64,000 nt of DNA. Source: Phallusia mammillata (taxonomy: Eukaryota). Numbering within the stretch: position 1 is the first letter of the stretch; each line of letters starts with the position of its first letter. The notes under the pieces were generated by a model. That model was not told the origin of the DNA. It saw nothing but the letters and a program-made list of their open reading frames with translations, and did no database searches. A program made the position numbers and the translations under genes. The stretch spans positions 18,104,001 to 18,168,000 of the forward strand of contig OZ281499.1 of assembly GCA_965637545.1 (NCBI GenBank), in the 5' to 3' direction. Shown piece after piece: positions 12,550 to 23,203 of this stretch.

Positions 12550-13200
12550 TACCAAGCATGACCCGAGCTGGATGCCAAAGAAACAATCTTCAACATAATC
12601 GAAGATCGAATAGCTTTGCACCAACGTCTTCGGTAATCACATCATGAACGTGTACAAGCCGCCACCAACGCTATTGGTACCTTCGCCCTTCCCCGTGTTT
12701 CCAACTCCATGTATCTACCCTGGTGACTTTAACTGCCAGCACACGACGTGGGGGTTCAACTCAAACTGCACAAATGGAGAACATCTTGTCAGCTGGACCA
12801 ACAACGCCGGTCTCATCCTACTTTATCATTTAAAGGATGCCTGCAGTTTCCACTCTGCCCGCTGGAATACCGGAACTAATCCGGACCTGGCATTAGCGAT
12901 AATCCGGACCTGGCATTAGCGATAATCCGGACCTGGCAACGGTTTGCCACTCCCGGAGCGAGGCGTGATGGCGAAATTTCCTCGCTCTCAACATCGACCT
13001 TTGCTGATCACCACACGCCAATAGGTAACATAGAATATTAGCAAGGCTGACTAGACCGCTTTTGCCCGATAACCAACGATAAAGCGGATAAGCGTCCATC
13101 CCCCGCCGATACCAACTGAAACCAGGCGTACCAGGACTTCTGTAATCTTCTCATAGAAGCGACTAAACAATCATTCCACGAGGTTATCGGAAGACCTACA
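12550..13200 (+). mobile_element. Degenerate non-LTR retrotransposon fragment (APE endonuclease region)
   Basis: NVYKPP...GDFNC...TNPDLAL are APE motifs; includes a 23-bp tandem duplication at ~12876-12936 and a decayed KADW-like motif. Confidence 0.8.
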
Positions 13201-13700
13201 CTCTTTCTAATCATCAGATTTCGGACAGAATATGTTAATTTTATGATACATTGAGCGGAAAACTTAAATGCTAAGGTAAAACGTCGGTAGATTATTCTGA
13301 CTCCGCTTTATTGGTTGGATTCGCTAGTGATTGCAATGTAGTTTATGCGGTTAAAACGTCAGCTGACCAATATTTCATTATGTTTAGGCTCTTTTCTGTC
13401 TTAAGTTTGCAGATTGTAAGTAACGAAGTTAAAACGCCTATACGTCATGTTTTCTCCACCAAGGGCACATGCGCTCCCTGGGGGTACAAGCAGCACAGCA
13501 GGGGATGCGAAATATAGTGTCAAAATTTAGCTAGTACGAAGTTTCAAGACGATTGTAATTATTTCTCGCTCTCGGGCCAGATGTGGCTTGATGACTGGGT
13601 CTGACTCTCAGGCATATCTTAGTTAGTTTAAATTCCTCAAAAACAAAAAGTAAGACCAAATTTTTTTGATTTTAAAACATTGCATGAAAATAGTCTTATC

Positions 13701-13970
13701 CAGGGGTGGGCAACTTTTGTTACTGTAGGGCCAATTATAAATGTCAAAATTGGATCGCGGGCCGCACATGTGCATAACGCAAAGTGATTTTGCTTTGTTT
13801 TTTTTTACCAAATATTCTCAACTACAAGTATAATTCGTATTTGATTCTAGCCACATTTTGCCAGATCGCAGAAAACTAGCACCATGCGCATTAATCAGCT
13901 CAAAAATATGTAATAATTGGACTCGTTTGCCACTACTTTTGAAATCCAAGCGTCTCTGCGGGCCGCACAA
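13701..13970 (+). mobile_element. Truncated hAT-type MITE
   Basis: CAGGGGTGGGCAACTTTT left TIR and GCGGGCCGCA subterminal motifs; no right TIR seen. Confidence 0.5.
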
Positions 13971-14319
13971 ATTCTAAGTGTTAAGTTGAAACCAGTTTGT
14001 CAAACCTGTTCTTTGGGGCACGGAAGGTAAATAAATGTATTGCATGACTCCTATATCCATACGTTTTAAAATATTTGACTTGACACTCGTAGATAAAGAG
14101 GTTCCTAAAACCATGACTACAGGATCTTGCTGTCTGTGTGGTTTTGGATGGAAGATACAGCTTACATACACGCAAAACAACTGACCATCAGCATAAATAG
14201 AAGGGAATTAAGTGTTTTTTGCGTCTTGAAACATTACGGATTTCAACCACCATTCGAAGAACAGGACAGGACACTTGACTCGATAACCCATGGTTTTTTC
14301 GGTGTCCTTGCTGTTTACT

Positions 14320-14547
14320 TGTTTGTTTCGTTTTTATCCTCGGTGGGCGGGCAACGCCTGAATGCGTTATGCTCACAATGAGTCCGCCGTCGAGCTGCCT
14401 GTTTTGTTGCAAGTCTGTTGATCATTTTTTATTTTAATTTTTTCGGTTTAGGCAGTTGGTGACTCCAATTTAGTTCAACCCAACGGGAACCACTGGGTTG
14501 GAGCAATGCCTCTTGGCGGTTGCGCTAACCACTCGGCCATCTTGGCG
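14320..14547 (-). mobile_element. tRNA-derived SINE (family B), internally deleted
   Basis: Head GCCAAGATGGCCGAGTGGTTAGCGCAACC; body is the reverse complement of 32894-33195. Confidence 0.75.
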
Positions 14548-14902
14548 ACAAACCGCTCGACAATGGAAATGTGATAATGAAGTGACAATGCAAATACAAT
14601 TTTAACTTGACTTGACTTGACTCTGTTAAACAAAACCTGTCAAAAGCAACGGATCGCCGCGAAAGAATGTTCATCAGTTTTGGTGGACTTGTAAAACTTT
14701 ATGATTTGTAACTTATTAAGGAACGAAACTGCGCTTGTAAGTCAGTGATAGTAATCCTATTTTGCCCCAAATCGCACTATTTAAGTTGGTAACTTGTAAC
14801 AACATGCTATAAAACGAAAGTTTGGTGTCGCTAAGATATTCATTAAAACGGTCAGGTCCCAGGTAATTGACTGTTCTTGTTTCACATGTTTGAAAGCCGC
14901 AA

Positions 14903-14972
14903 GGTCGCGCAGTGATCTGTGTACAAGATTGCGGTCAAACAGACCTGGGTTCGAACCCCGTGAAAAAAAAAA
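14903..14972 (+). mobile_element. Very short tRNA-like SINE sharing the family A 3' end
   Basis: GGTCGCGCAGTG...CCTGGGTTCGAACCCCGTG(A)10. Confidence 0.6.
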
Positions 14973-17319
14973 GAAATCAGTAACCGCGTCACGTTTGAAA
15001 CTATACACACATAAAAGCCTGAACGTATCTAGCTAAAGTGCAACCCCAGCTATAAGTATTACTGCGTTAATTCGTCCATTGTCAAAACAAACTTTTCAAC
15101 TGACGTGTCTAATCCTTTTAATTGCTCCCATTTATTCGTGGTTTATCAAATAGATGTCGGTAAAGTACTGGTTGGTCAATATGAAATTTTGGCGATGTTT
15201 TAGGCGATGTTATCTGTTACGTACTGTTTTTAGGATGTTGTCACTGCATTGGTTTGTTGTTGGGGAGGAAACGTACACAGATCGCTACATTTCAGCTTTA
15301 AACCTTCTGCAGCAAAATTCTCTTTTGTGCTTAAATGTATGTTGGTACGTTTGTGCACCTAAACATATACTAACTTAAAAAAGTACACGCCTTTTCGAGA
15401 AAACAAATCCATTTTAGCTAAAACTTGAAAAATATAGGTATGACTTTAAACGGCTTATTCATTTTGATTTGATTGATCTATCTTCTATTGAAAAACATAG
15501 CGAGACAATTGCACAAATACAATAACCAAGCCAGAAATAGCTGCGCAGCGTTAGAAGGTTATGGAGCGTAAGCATTTTGTTGCTGGCGTTGCAAGACATG
15601 TGTAGGTGATGGTACCATCCCCAGTCGAACTTTATCCAAGGGCTATCTCCGAATCATACATGATATACCAGAAATATAGTGCGATTATCACAGAAGTTCT
15701 TGTTAAACAAGTACATTCGATTTTCTAGTGTAATTCTATCATTAACCTACGAATTTCTGCGATATTTCAATGAACATTCACACTTGAAATGAACCGCTGT
15801 TTTCTTCTTTGATTTTTGTAAGGGTTATGTAAAAAATTCTTGGGTGTTTTTCGCAAAGCATTTTTCATAATCACCGCTTAGGCTACATACAAATTCAGGA
15901 GTAGAATGTGTTGATGTAGGATATAGTGGCGAGTTATTTTTTTACATGAGACCACTTGTCCCGTTATGTGAAAATTGGTTGCAATTTTTTTAATAGACTT
16001 GCGCGTCACCGCACAACGATGTCTGTAATCTCCTGCAGTATATGTCCTGTTTCAACTTTTCTTTTGCAAACATTTCTTTTAAATTCTCTAGGTGAAAATA
16101 ACCAAGAGATCGCATGGCAATGACCCGCTGTTATCTCCCTTCCCGACCCCCACAGATAATTAGAGCGAGAGAAAGACTTCGGCCCGTTTGACAACAATGA
16201 ATCCGCTGCGACGCGTGAAAAGCGGTTTTGTCTAGGCGGTGTTGGCCTATTTAAAAAATTATATTGCTCACACAGACGTTCAAGCGATTTGAAGACGGGT
16301 TTAAACTTATCAGCGTTTTTGACGCAAAATTTGGGTTAATTTAGACTGCTGTATGCATTAGGTGTATTTAGGTAAGACTTGAAATAATGGAATTAAGAAT
16401 GCCGGATCCTACTAGCGTATGTAACAAACCATTTGATGAAAAAAAGACGGAAAGCCTAGCTGATGAAAAATAGTAATATGGCAGAAAAGAGGCAAGAAGT
16501 TGGTAATATAGACAGTGATTCATCTGAGTCTGATGCAACAAACTGACGATTGGGGCCCAAACGACAGCACTCGAAATCTGCATCAAGGATTAAAAAAATT
16601 CACTTCATCGCAGTAAGTAGAATTTACATTATTTTAGACGTGTACAAGCTTTTTCAAAACAAAATAACAACTTAATTGTGTAGATGTTACTCCACTCATT
16701 GAATGCAAGAATAAAAAGAACAAAACAATCGTTTACGACATCAACATTGTTCTGGTGGACGCAGCCGATGGGACAACAGCAAAATTAAACCGACAGCGGA
16801 AGTGGTTTTGTAACAGAACCTATATTGCATCATTCGTTGAGGACGAGGCTTAGTGCAACTGGGCCTTGTGGTCGCCCATAAATTACCTAATGTGAACACC
16901 CACAACTTGTTTGTTGCGACATGTTTATAATCGCCTATATATTCTGATGGCTTTTCGTTCATTAAAATATGTTCTTTCTTTATGAGTGTGAAATTTGTGA
17001 AACGATGACGTTCCACGATAGGGGTATCATAGTTTAATGTTAGAAAACTATACATTCGGTAGGGATTATGCGAGTGTATTCTCAGATAATCACGATAGGT
17101 TTATCATAGTTTAACATCAGAAAACCACGGGTATATGTACGGATTATGCGAGTATATTCTCAGAAAATCATGTAAGAACTTCGTATTAAATCATGTATGA
17201 TCCGATGTAAACTTTCCGTGTAAAACAACCCTATATATCTATGATTGTCACCAGAAAATCGTACGTAACACAAACATGAACTTATATATTATATGTATGA
17301 TTCGGGGATAATTTTCCGA

Positions 17320-17881
17320 CTGGGTCGTGTCAATGAGCGATCGAATTTGTCGAGCGTTGAGCAGCTCGCTCGGGGAGAAACCGCTAGAATTTGGGGTTCT
17401 TCGGTACTGAAGAAGAAACTCCTGTAAAGCGTCTTTCGGGGGTTTCTCTGACTTCTTCATTGCCTTCTTGAACGTTTGAACTAGCCGTTCGGCGGCGCCA
17501 TTTGTGGACGGGTGATAAGGCGCACCCGTTGGATGAACAATACCCCTCTGCCGGCAGAAATCCTGGAACTCGGCAGAAACGAAAGCCTGCGCGTTATCCG
17601 AGACAATAGTGTATGGATAACCAAAACGTGCGAAGTCTTCTTCGAGCAAGTTCATGGTCGCCTTGGAAGTCATCAATGAAGTAGCATGAATGCACGGGTA
17701 CTTAGAATAAGCGTCGATCATGAGCAACCAATTGCTTCCCAAGAAGTTTACAGCATGGTCGATGTGAACACGACTCCATGGTTTTTCAGGAATCATCCAT
17801 GGATGGACAGAAGATTTAGTAGGAAGGTTTTGCTGTTTTCCGCATATGGAACATTTTCGGCAAAGATTCAGAATATCGTCA
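17320..17881 (-). pseudogene. gypsy integrase (second half of zinc finger plus DDE core), truncated after QIRSLID
   Basis: DILNLCRKCSIC, IDHA, VSDNA and NGAAERLVQ motifs; the ORF runs into unrelated AT-rich sequence near 17320. Confidence 0.9.
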
Positions 17882-19233
17882 ATCAATCAATCACTGTTTT
17901 ATTTGTTTCAACGCCAAAATATGAATGAGACAGATGACATAAATGTAAACATGTAAAATAGGGATTGAAACAAAAGGGTGCAGCTGGAGCCACAATTGGC
18001 TATTTTGAAAAGCTGACCCTATCTATTTTTTTTGGTGAATGGTTGTAAAAAGAAACACAAGAAGAGAAAAACAAAACAAGCACTGCGTTATAAGTGTTTT
18101 TATTGAAAATGCATCAAATAAATAACATGAATCTTTGTGAAAATACGGCTGTAAAAATGTGTTCGCATTTCTTCGGGCAGTAATTTCACGCTTGTCTGGC
18201 GGGGGTAATTAGTGAACGGTATTTGCGTTGCACAAGTAATTAAGACCATAACACCCCGTGGAATGTAAATACTGCACCACGTGTGGTACATTCCATGTGC
18301 ACAGAAAACCTAGGGATTTTGTGGAATGATAGTCGCTCATATGTATGTTGCCAGTATGAAAGATTTGCTGCTACTCATGAAAGCTTTTAAGCCTGTTTTT
18401 TTTGGTGGTTAGTTTATCCGGTAGTGTATTCCAAACTGCGGTGCACTTGTATTTTATTGTATTTTGGGCCCGACTTGATGAAACTTGTGGAACAAAAAAT
18501 TTTTGTGTAGTAGCTCCTCTTGTTGCATGTTGATGTATTGCTGATGTGAAATTGAAAAAGTTGTCAAAAGTCGAAGGGAGTCTTTTGTTTATAAACTGAA
18601 AAGCAAATTTTGCCAATTCCATGTTGTGCATATCTTGTAATTTTAGAATGTTAGTTTTTTTGTATAACCTGTTGGTTGAGGTCCGAAGAGGGCTTTTGGT
18701 TATGATTTTTAAAATTCTATTTTGCATGATTGAAAGTGGATGTATGTTTTTTTTGTTGGCAAAACCCCAAGATAGTAATCCATAAAGAAGGTGTGGATGA
18801 ACCAAGGAGAAGTAAAGACATCGGAGCGTCGATAACTGCACATAATGTCTGAGTTTGGAGAAAACTCCTGCAACTGAAGCAATTTTATTTTTAACAAAGT
18901 GGATATGTTGAGCCCAAGACATTTTGTCATCAAGAATCACACCCAGATATTTTAGTGACCTTGCTTTTTCCAATTCCTTACCATTTACGTTGATGTGCAG
19001 ATTCAAGGAAGCAGATTGTGGAGAAAACATCATATATTTGGTTTTGGTGTAATTGAGGGACAGTTGATTTGCTCTCATCCATTTGTCAACTTTTGTTAGC
19101 TCCTTATTGACGGACATCTGCAATGCTGAAATATTGTGACTGGACATCCAGAGACAAGTGTCATCGGCAAACAAACGGGTCTCAAAGTTGGATGCAGTAG
19201 GAAGGTCATTAATGTAAATTAAGAAAAGCAGAG
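17882..19233 (-). mobile_element. 5'-truncated CR1/L2-type LINE with (ATTG)n tail
   Basis: LLFLIYINDLP...LFADD...KYLGVILDDKMSW...HLLYGLLSWG; 3' UTR ends in GATTGATTGATTG. CGTCA is repeated at 17877-17881 and 19234-19238 (TSD/microhomology). Confidence 0.92.
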
Positions 19234-22200
19234 CGTCATCAATGTTCGGCCAGTACACTGCAGACCTAGCCAACTGCTTCATCCTTTGAATGCCAAAGTG
19301 ACCTTGGTGTAGCAGTTGTAGCACATGTTGTCGTAGCTTTTGCGGAATAACCAATCGAGTTCCATAGAACAGACAACCATGAGAAACTGTCAACAAATCA
19401 GCAGACCTGCGAAACTTTGCAGCTGGATCATTCGAGGAAAGAGTTGTTGGCCAACCGTGTTGGACAAAACGCATGACTCGGGAAAGAACATCATCTTTTC
19501 CGGATTCCTTCTTCATGGTGTTGGGGTCTGTGGGCTGGACTTGACGACTTAGCGTAGTGATGGTGCAAACAGTGTCGACATCATCTGTAGTTTCCTCTTT
19601 GTCAAAATAGGCATCTTCCCCTTGTGGTAAACGGCTGAGTGCATCGGCGTTCTGGTGACTGGCGGTCTTCCTGTACTCGATTTTGTATTTAAACTGACCA
19701 AGAAAAAGCGCCCATCGTGCTAACCGATTTGCCGCAAGTGGAGGTGTTGGCTTGGTAGGACCAAAAAGTGCCAACAATGGCTTGTGGTCGGTGACAAGAA
19801 TGAATTCACGACCAAAAAGATACTGGTAAAACTTCTTCAGTGCAAAGATAATTGAAAGAGCCTCTTTTTGGATTTGGCTGTAGTTGCGCTGACTGGAGGA
19901 GAGTAACTTTGAGACATTGGCAATTGGCCTCTCGCTTCCGTCCCAATAGCGATGAAAAAGTACGGCACCAATGCCAACATTGGACGCATCACAAGATATC
20001 CCAATAGGAAGAGAGGGATCAAAGTAAGTTAAGACGTTGTCAGTAGACAGCAATGTCTTCAATTGACGGAAAGCTTTTGATTCTTCGTTATTCCAACTCC
20101 AAGGAACTTTGTCTCGAGTCAGACGATACAGAGGTTCAGCAATGGAAGAAAAACTTGGTGGCAAAAACTTGCTATAAAATTGAACCGACCCAAGGAACGA
20201 ACGTAGCGCCGATACGTCTTTCGGTGCAGGCATATTGAGCACAGCATCGAGTTTAGAAGCTTTCCTGATGCCGTCTTTATGAAGTAAATGACCCAAGTAT
20301 TCAACTGTGGGTTGTGCAAACTTGCATTTCTCGAAACGACAGCGAAGCCCCTTCTCACTTAAACGTTGAAGCAATCGACGAAGATTGTTCAAGTGATCTT
20401 TTGCCGATGAACCGCTGACAAGTAAATCATCGAGATATACAGCCACTCCTGGGAGATCTTGCGTCAGTTCGTCCATAATCTGTTGAAAGTATCCCGGAGC
20501 CGAGGTGATGCCAAACGGTAATACATTTTGCAGCAAGACACCTCGGTGAGTGCTCAAAGCCAACCTTTTCCGGCTTTCGGGACCTAGACGTATTTGGTTG
20601 TACGCATCAGCAAGATCGATTTTCGTGAAACCAAATCCTCCTCGAAGCTTCTGCATCAAAGTATCTGGAAGAGGTAGTGGATGTCGATGGAGTGCCAATT
20701 GGGGATTTACCGTGGCTGAATAATCCCCGCAAAGTCTTAGTCGTGGCCTGTTGTGAGTTGACAACGGTGCTTTTCGAACGGGAACCACTGGTGTACCCCA
20801 GTCATTGAACTTCACTGGAGTCCAGATTCCTCGGGCAATTCCTGCATCATATTCACGGGCAACATCTTCTTGTAGCGCAAATGGCACAGAACGGTGCTTA
20901 AAGAAAACCGGTTTAGCCTCCGCTTGAAACTTCACTTCAAGCTCTAAACCTTTCAAGCAACCAAGTTCAGGTTTGAAAATGTCTTTAAACTCGTTGCAAA
21001 GACCTCGGCAAGCATCTTGTAAAGGCAGATAGCGTTGGTCGCCTGACGTAACAACGGAATTTACGCAATCTTTGGAAGATGAATGATGCAGTATGTCGTC
21101 AACCGAAATCTCCAAAGAACAAATGGCATTGCGACCAAGCAAATTTAAGCGCGGAACTTTCGTGACAAAGAAATCTTGATCAAAGACTCGACCACCATAC
21201 GAAGTTGGCGTCATAAACATACCCAACAAAGGCACTGGGTGCTCTGTCGCAGAATTAAAACGTCGATCAGGAGCCCGAAGCTTAGGCGACCCGATTCTCT
21301 TCCAATCGTGGACAGACAAGAAATTTCCACTGGTTGCTGTATCCAGCTCAAACTCGCAAAATTTGCCAAAAAGTGACACCACAACCTCCAACTTGTGTAG
21401 TGGGGAATGAGTGGAAATTGACTTTAGAAAATGAACATTCGTCATCGAATTAACCACATCGGACTTCTTCTTACGGCAAGCATCTTCAGTATGACCTATG
21501 CGATTGCAATATCGACACGTCGCATTCTTGTGACGGCAAACCGGCGCAAAATGACCAGTTTTCCCACAGCGATAACATCGGGCAGCTTCTTTGGGCTTCT
21601 CATTCGGTGCGGATTTTGTAGACTGCTTCTTGGATCCGCGCACCTTACGCACAGAACCGCTTGTCCCATAGACGGTTTCCTTGGCAACTTGCGCCGCATC
21701 CTCCGTCTGCATGGCAACCTCAATCGCACGAGAGAAAGTAAGTTCATCTGACTTGAGTTTAAACATGGCCTTCAACACCGCTTCATTGGATATTGAACAG
21801 ATGAACCTGGTTCGTAAAGCTTCATCCAACGGATCTTTGATAGAAGTGAAATCGCATGTAGCAGCATCGTGACGAATCCGGGCGGCCAATTCCTGCACCG
21901 TTTCACCTGGCTTTCGCTGCATGTTGCTCCGAAACCTTTCGCGAATAATAAAACGCTTGGGATCAAATTGATCTTTCATGAAGCCTTCAATCTCCGTCAT
22001 TGTTAGATCGTTGACGTCTTTCGCTGGCAAACTTTGTTCTGCTAAATTGGACAGCAGCTTGTAAGTTGTAGTGGTTTGGTTCGTCAAAAACACTTGGGCA
22101 ACCCTCTTTTCGGATATTGCATGAGCCTTTACAAATGTTGAGAAGCGAGACCAGTAGTCGTCCCACAATTCTGTCGTAGAATCAAAGGGGTTAAAGCTAG

Positions 22201-22336
22201 GTGCAGCAACATTAGAATTAGCAACGGCGGGACCAGAAGACTTTTCCAACACAGACAGGATAAGATTCATCTGCTCTTCATGCTGTCGATGTTGCTGTTG
22301 CATCTGCTTCTGCATCGTCTCCAATAACTTCTCCAT
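18371..22336 (-). CDS. Chimeric 1321-aa ORF: gypsy Gag-PR-RT-RNaseH-(half integrase ZnF) fused in frame to a LINE RT C-half
   Basis: No stop codons over 3966 nt; the junction reads YWPNIDD|ALLFLIYINDLP. Expression unknown. Confidence 0.8.
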   Translation of the reverse strand: MEKLLETMQKQMQQQHRQHEEQMNLILSVLEKSSGPAVANSNVAAPSFNPFDSTTELWDDYWSRFSTFVKAHAISEKRVAQVFLTNQTTTTYKLLSNLAEQSLPAKDVNDLTMTEIEGFMKDQFDPKRFIIRERFRSNMQRKPGETVQELAARIRHDAATCDFTSIKDPLDEALRTRFICSISNEAVLKAMFKLKSDELTFSRAIEVAMQTEDAAQVAKETVYGTSGSVRKVRGSKKQSTKSAPNEKPKEAARCYRCGKTGHFAPVCRHKNATCRYCNRIGHTEDACRKKKSDVVNSMTNVHFLKSISTHSPLHKLEVVVSLFGKFCEFELDTATSGNFLSVHDWKRIGSPKLRAPDRRFNSATEHPVPLLGMFMTPTSYGGRVFDQDFFVTKVPRLNLLGRNAICSLEISVDDILHHSSSKDCVNSVVTSGDQRYLPLQDACRGLCNEFKDIFKPELGCLKGLELEVKFQAEAKPVFFKHRSVPFALQEDVAREYDAGIARGIWTPVKFNDWGTPVVPVRKAPLSTHNRPRLRLCGDYSATVNPQLALHRHPLPLPDTLMQKLRGGFGFTKIDLADAYNQIRLGPESRKRLALSTHRGVLLQNVLPFGITSAPGYFQQIMDELTQDLPGVAVYLDDLLVSGSSAKDHLNNLRRLLQRLSEKGLRCRFEKCKFAQPTVEYLGHLLHKDGIRKASKLDAVLNMPAPKDVSALRSFLGSVQFYSKFLPPSFSSIAEPLYRLTRDKVPWSWNNEESKAFRQLKTLLSTDNVLTYFDPSLPIGISCDASNVGIGAVLFHRYWDGSERPIANVSKLLSSSQRNYSQIQKEALSIIFALKKFYQYLFGREFILVTDHKPLLALFGPTKPTPPLAANRLARWALFLGQFKYKIEYRKTASHQNADALSRLPQGEDAYFDKEETTDDVDTVCTITTLSRQVQPTDPNTMKKESGKDDVLSRVMRFVQHGWPTTLSSNDPAAKFRRSADLLTVSHGCLFYGTRLVIPQKLRQHVLQLLHQGHFGIQRMKQLARSAVYWPNIDDALLFLIYINDLPTASNFETRLFADDTCLWMSSHNISALQMSVNKELTKVDKWMRANQLSLNYTKTKYMMFSPQSASLNLHINVNGKELEKARSLKYLGVILDDKMSWAQHIHFVKNKIASVAGVFSKLRHYVQLSTLRCLYFSLVHPHLLYGLLSWGFANKKNIHPLSIMQNRILKIITKSPLRTSTNRLYKKTNILKLQDMHNMELAKFAFQFINKRLPSTFDNFFNFTSAIHQHATRGATTQKFFVPQVSSSRAQNTIKYKCTAVWNTLPDKLTTKKNRLKSFHE

Positions 22337-22380
22337 ATCGACACAAACGTTGAGATTGAAACAAGTCGTTCAGTTGACCG

Positions 22381-22398
22381 ATCCCATCCTCGTCGCCA
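22381..22398 (-). other. 18-nt primer-binding site for tRNA-Ser(GCU)
   Basis: Plus strand ATCCCATCCTCGTCGCCA equals the recalled animal tRNA-Ser(GCU) 3' end plus CCA. Confidence 0.9.
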
Positions 22399-22405
22399 AA
22401 AACTC

Positions 22406-22693
22406 TGTTGTGTTTTCAATCACGTTTGCGCCTTGCTTCTTTACAGAGTCCAAATAAGCACAGTTTGCTTGTTGTAACTTAGGTTGTATTCAGTCGAAAT
22501 CAGTAAAATAGAATAGTAAGGTAGTAAGTGAACAGCCTTTTATAGGCTCACGAAGTAATTGCAAACGCACCAATCACATTCCTGCAGTAGGCACAAACCA
22601 AGAGCGTACACACACATAACGCATAGCAATTAAAATAACACAAGAATGCCTCGAGCCGCGTGCTCAGGAATAGCGCGGTTGCGTTCCACAACA
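22406..22693 (-). repeat. 5' LTR (288 bp)
   Basis: 7-bp terminal inverted repeats TGTTGTG/CACAACA next to the PBS. Confidence 0.8.
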
Positions 22694-23049
22694 TAAGATA
22701 TGCCTGGGAGTCAGACCTAGTCATCAAGCCACATCTGGCCCGAGAGCGAGAAATAATTACAATCGTCCTGAAACTTCGTACTAGCTAAATTTTGACACTA
22801 TATTTCGCATCCCCTGCTGTGCTGCTTGTACCCCCAGGGAGCGCATGTGCCCTTGGTGGAGAAAACATGACGTATAGGCGTTTTAACTTCGTTACTTACA
22901 ATCTGCAAACTTGAGACAGAAAAGAGCCTAAACATAATGAAATATTGGTCAGCTGACGTTTTAACCGCATAAACTACATTGCAATCACTAGCGAATCCAA
23001 CCAATAAAGCGGAGTCAGAATAATCTACCGACGTTTTAACTTAGCATTT

Positions 23050-23203
23050 ATGTAATAGTTCTGTTCATCGACGATGAAGAGCAATTTAATGCAAAGTAGC
23101 TTTCTTTCATAAGGACATACTGCAATGAAGGCCATCCGTATAGAGCGCCTGCTTGTATTAACACTTCCAGCAAAGCAGTAGTTACGCTCAATGTTTTTAA
23201 CAT
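23050..23203 (-). pseudogene. SLC43A3-like pseudogene E (5' stub; inverted copy of C)
   Basis: MLKTLSVTTALLEVLIQAGALYGWPS..., cut at an AAATGCT microhomology junction. Confidence 0.85.

Larger units (their letters stand above)
2400..13621. repeat. Left arm of a large inverted segmental duplication (partner 22694-33400)
   Basis: By-eye reverse-complement matches: 2810-3990 with 31790-32880, 3990-7000 with 24570-27637, 8050-9170 with 23050-24100, and 13265-13621 with 22694-23050. Confidence 0.9.
17320..22693 (-). mobile_element. Ty3/gypsy LTR retrotransposon (K02A2.6-like), 3'-truncated and interrupted by a LINE
   Basis: 5' LTR 22406-22693 (TGTTGTG...CACAACA), 18-nt tRNA-Ser PBS, and a single gag-pol frame with two CCHC knuckles, protease ELDTA, RT YLDD, RNase H CDAS and an integrase split by the LINE. 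No 3' LTR found. Confidence 0.95.

Noticed and set aside
15960-17310. Possible gene or transposase remnant with a ~78-bp tandem duplication at ~17020-17170
   Set aside because: No frame gives a recognisable motif and all frames have stops; left unannotated.
17882-19233. LINE insert removable as an intron to restore integrase
   Set aside because: Boundaries are not GT-AG on the element strand.
21176-21966. Several 60-106 aa ORFs overlapping gag, and similar ones opposite SLC43 and other exons
   Set aside because: Antisense or alternate-frame shadows of real coding sequence.
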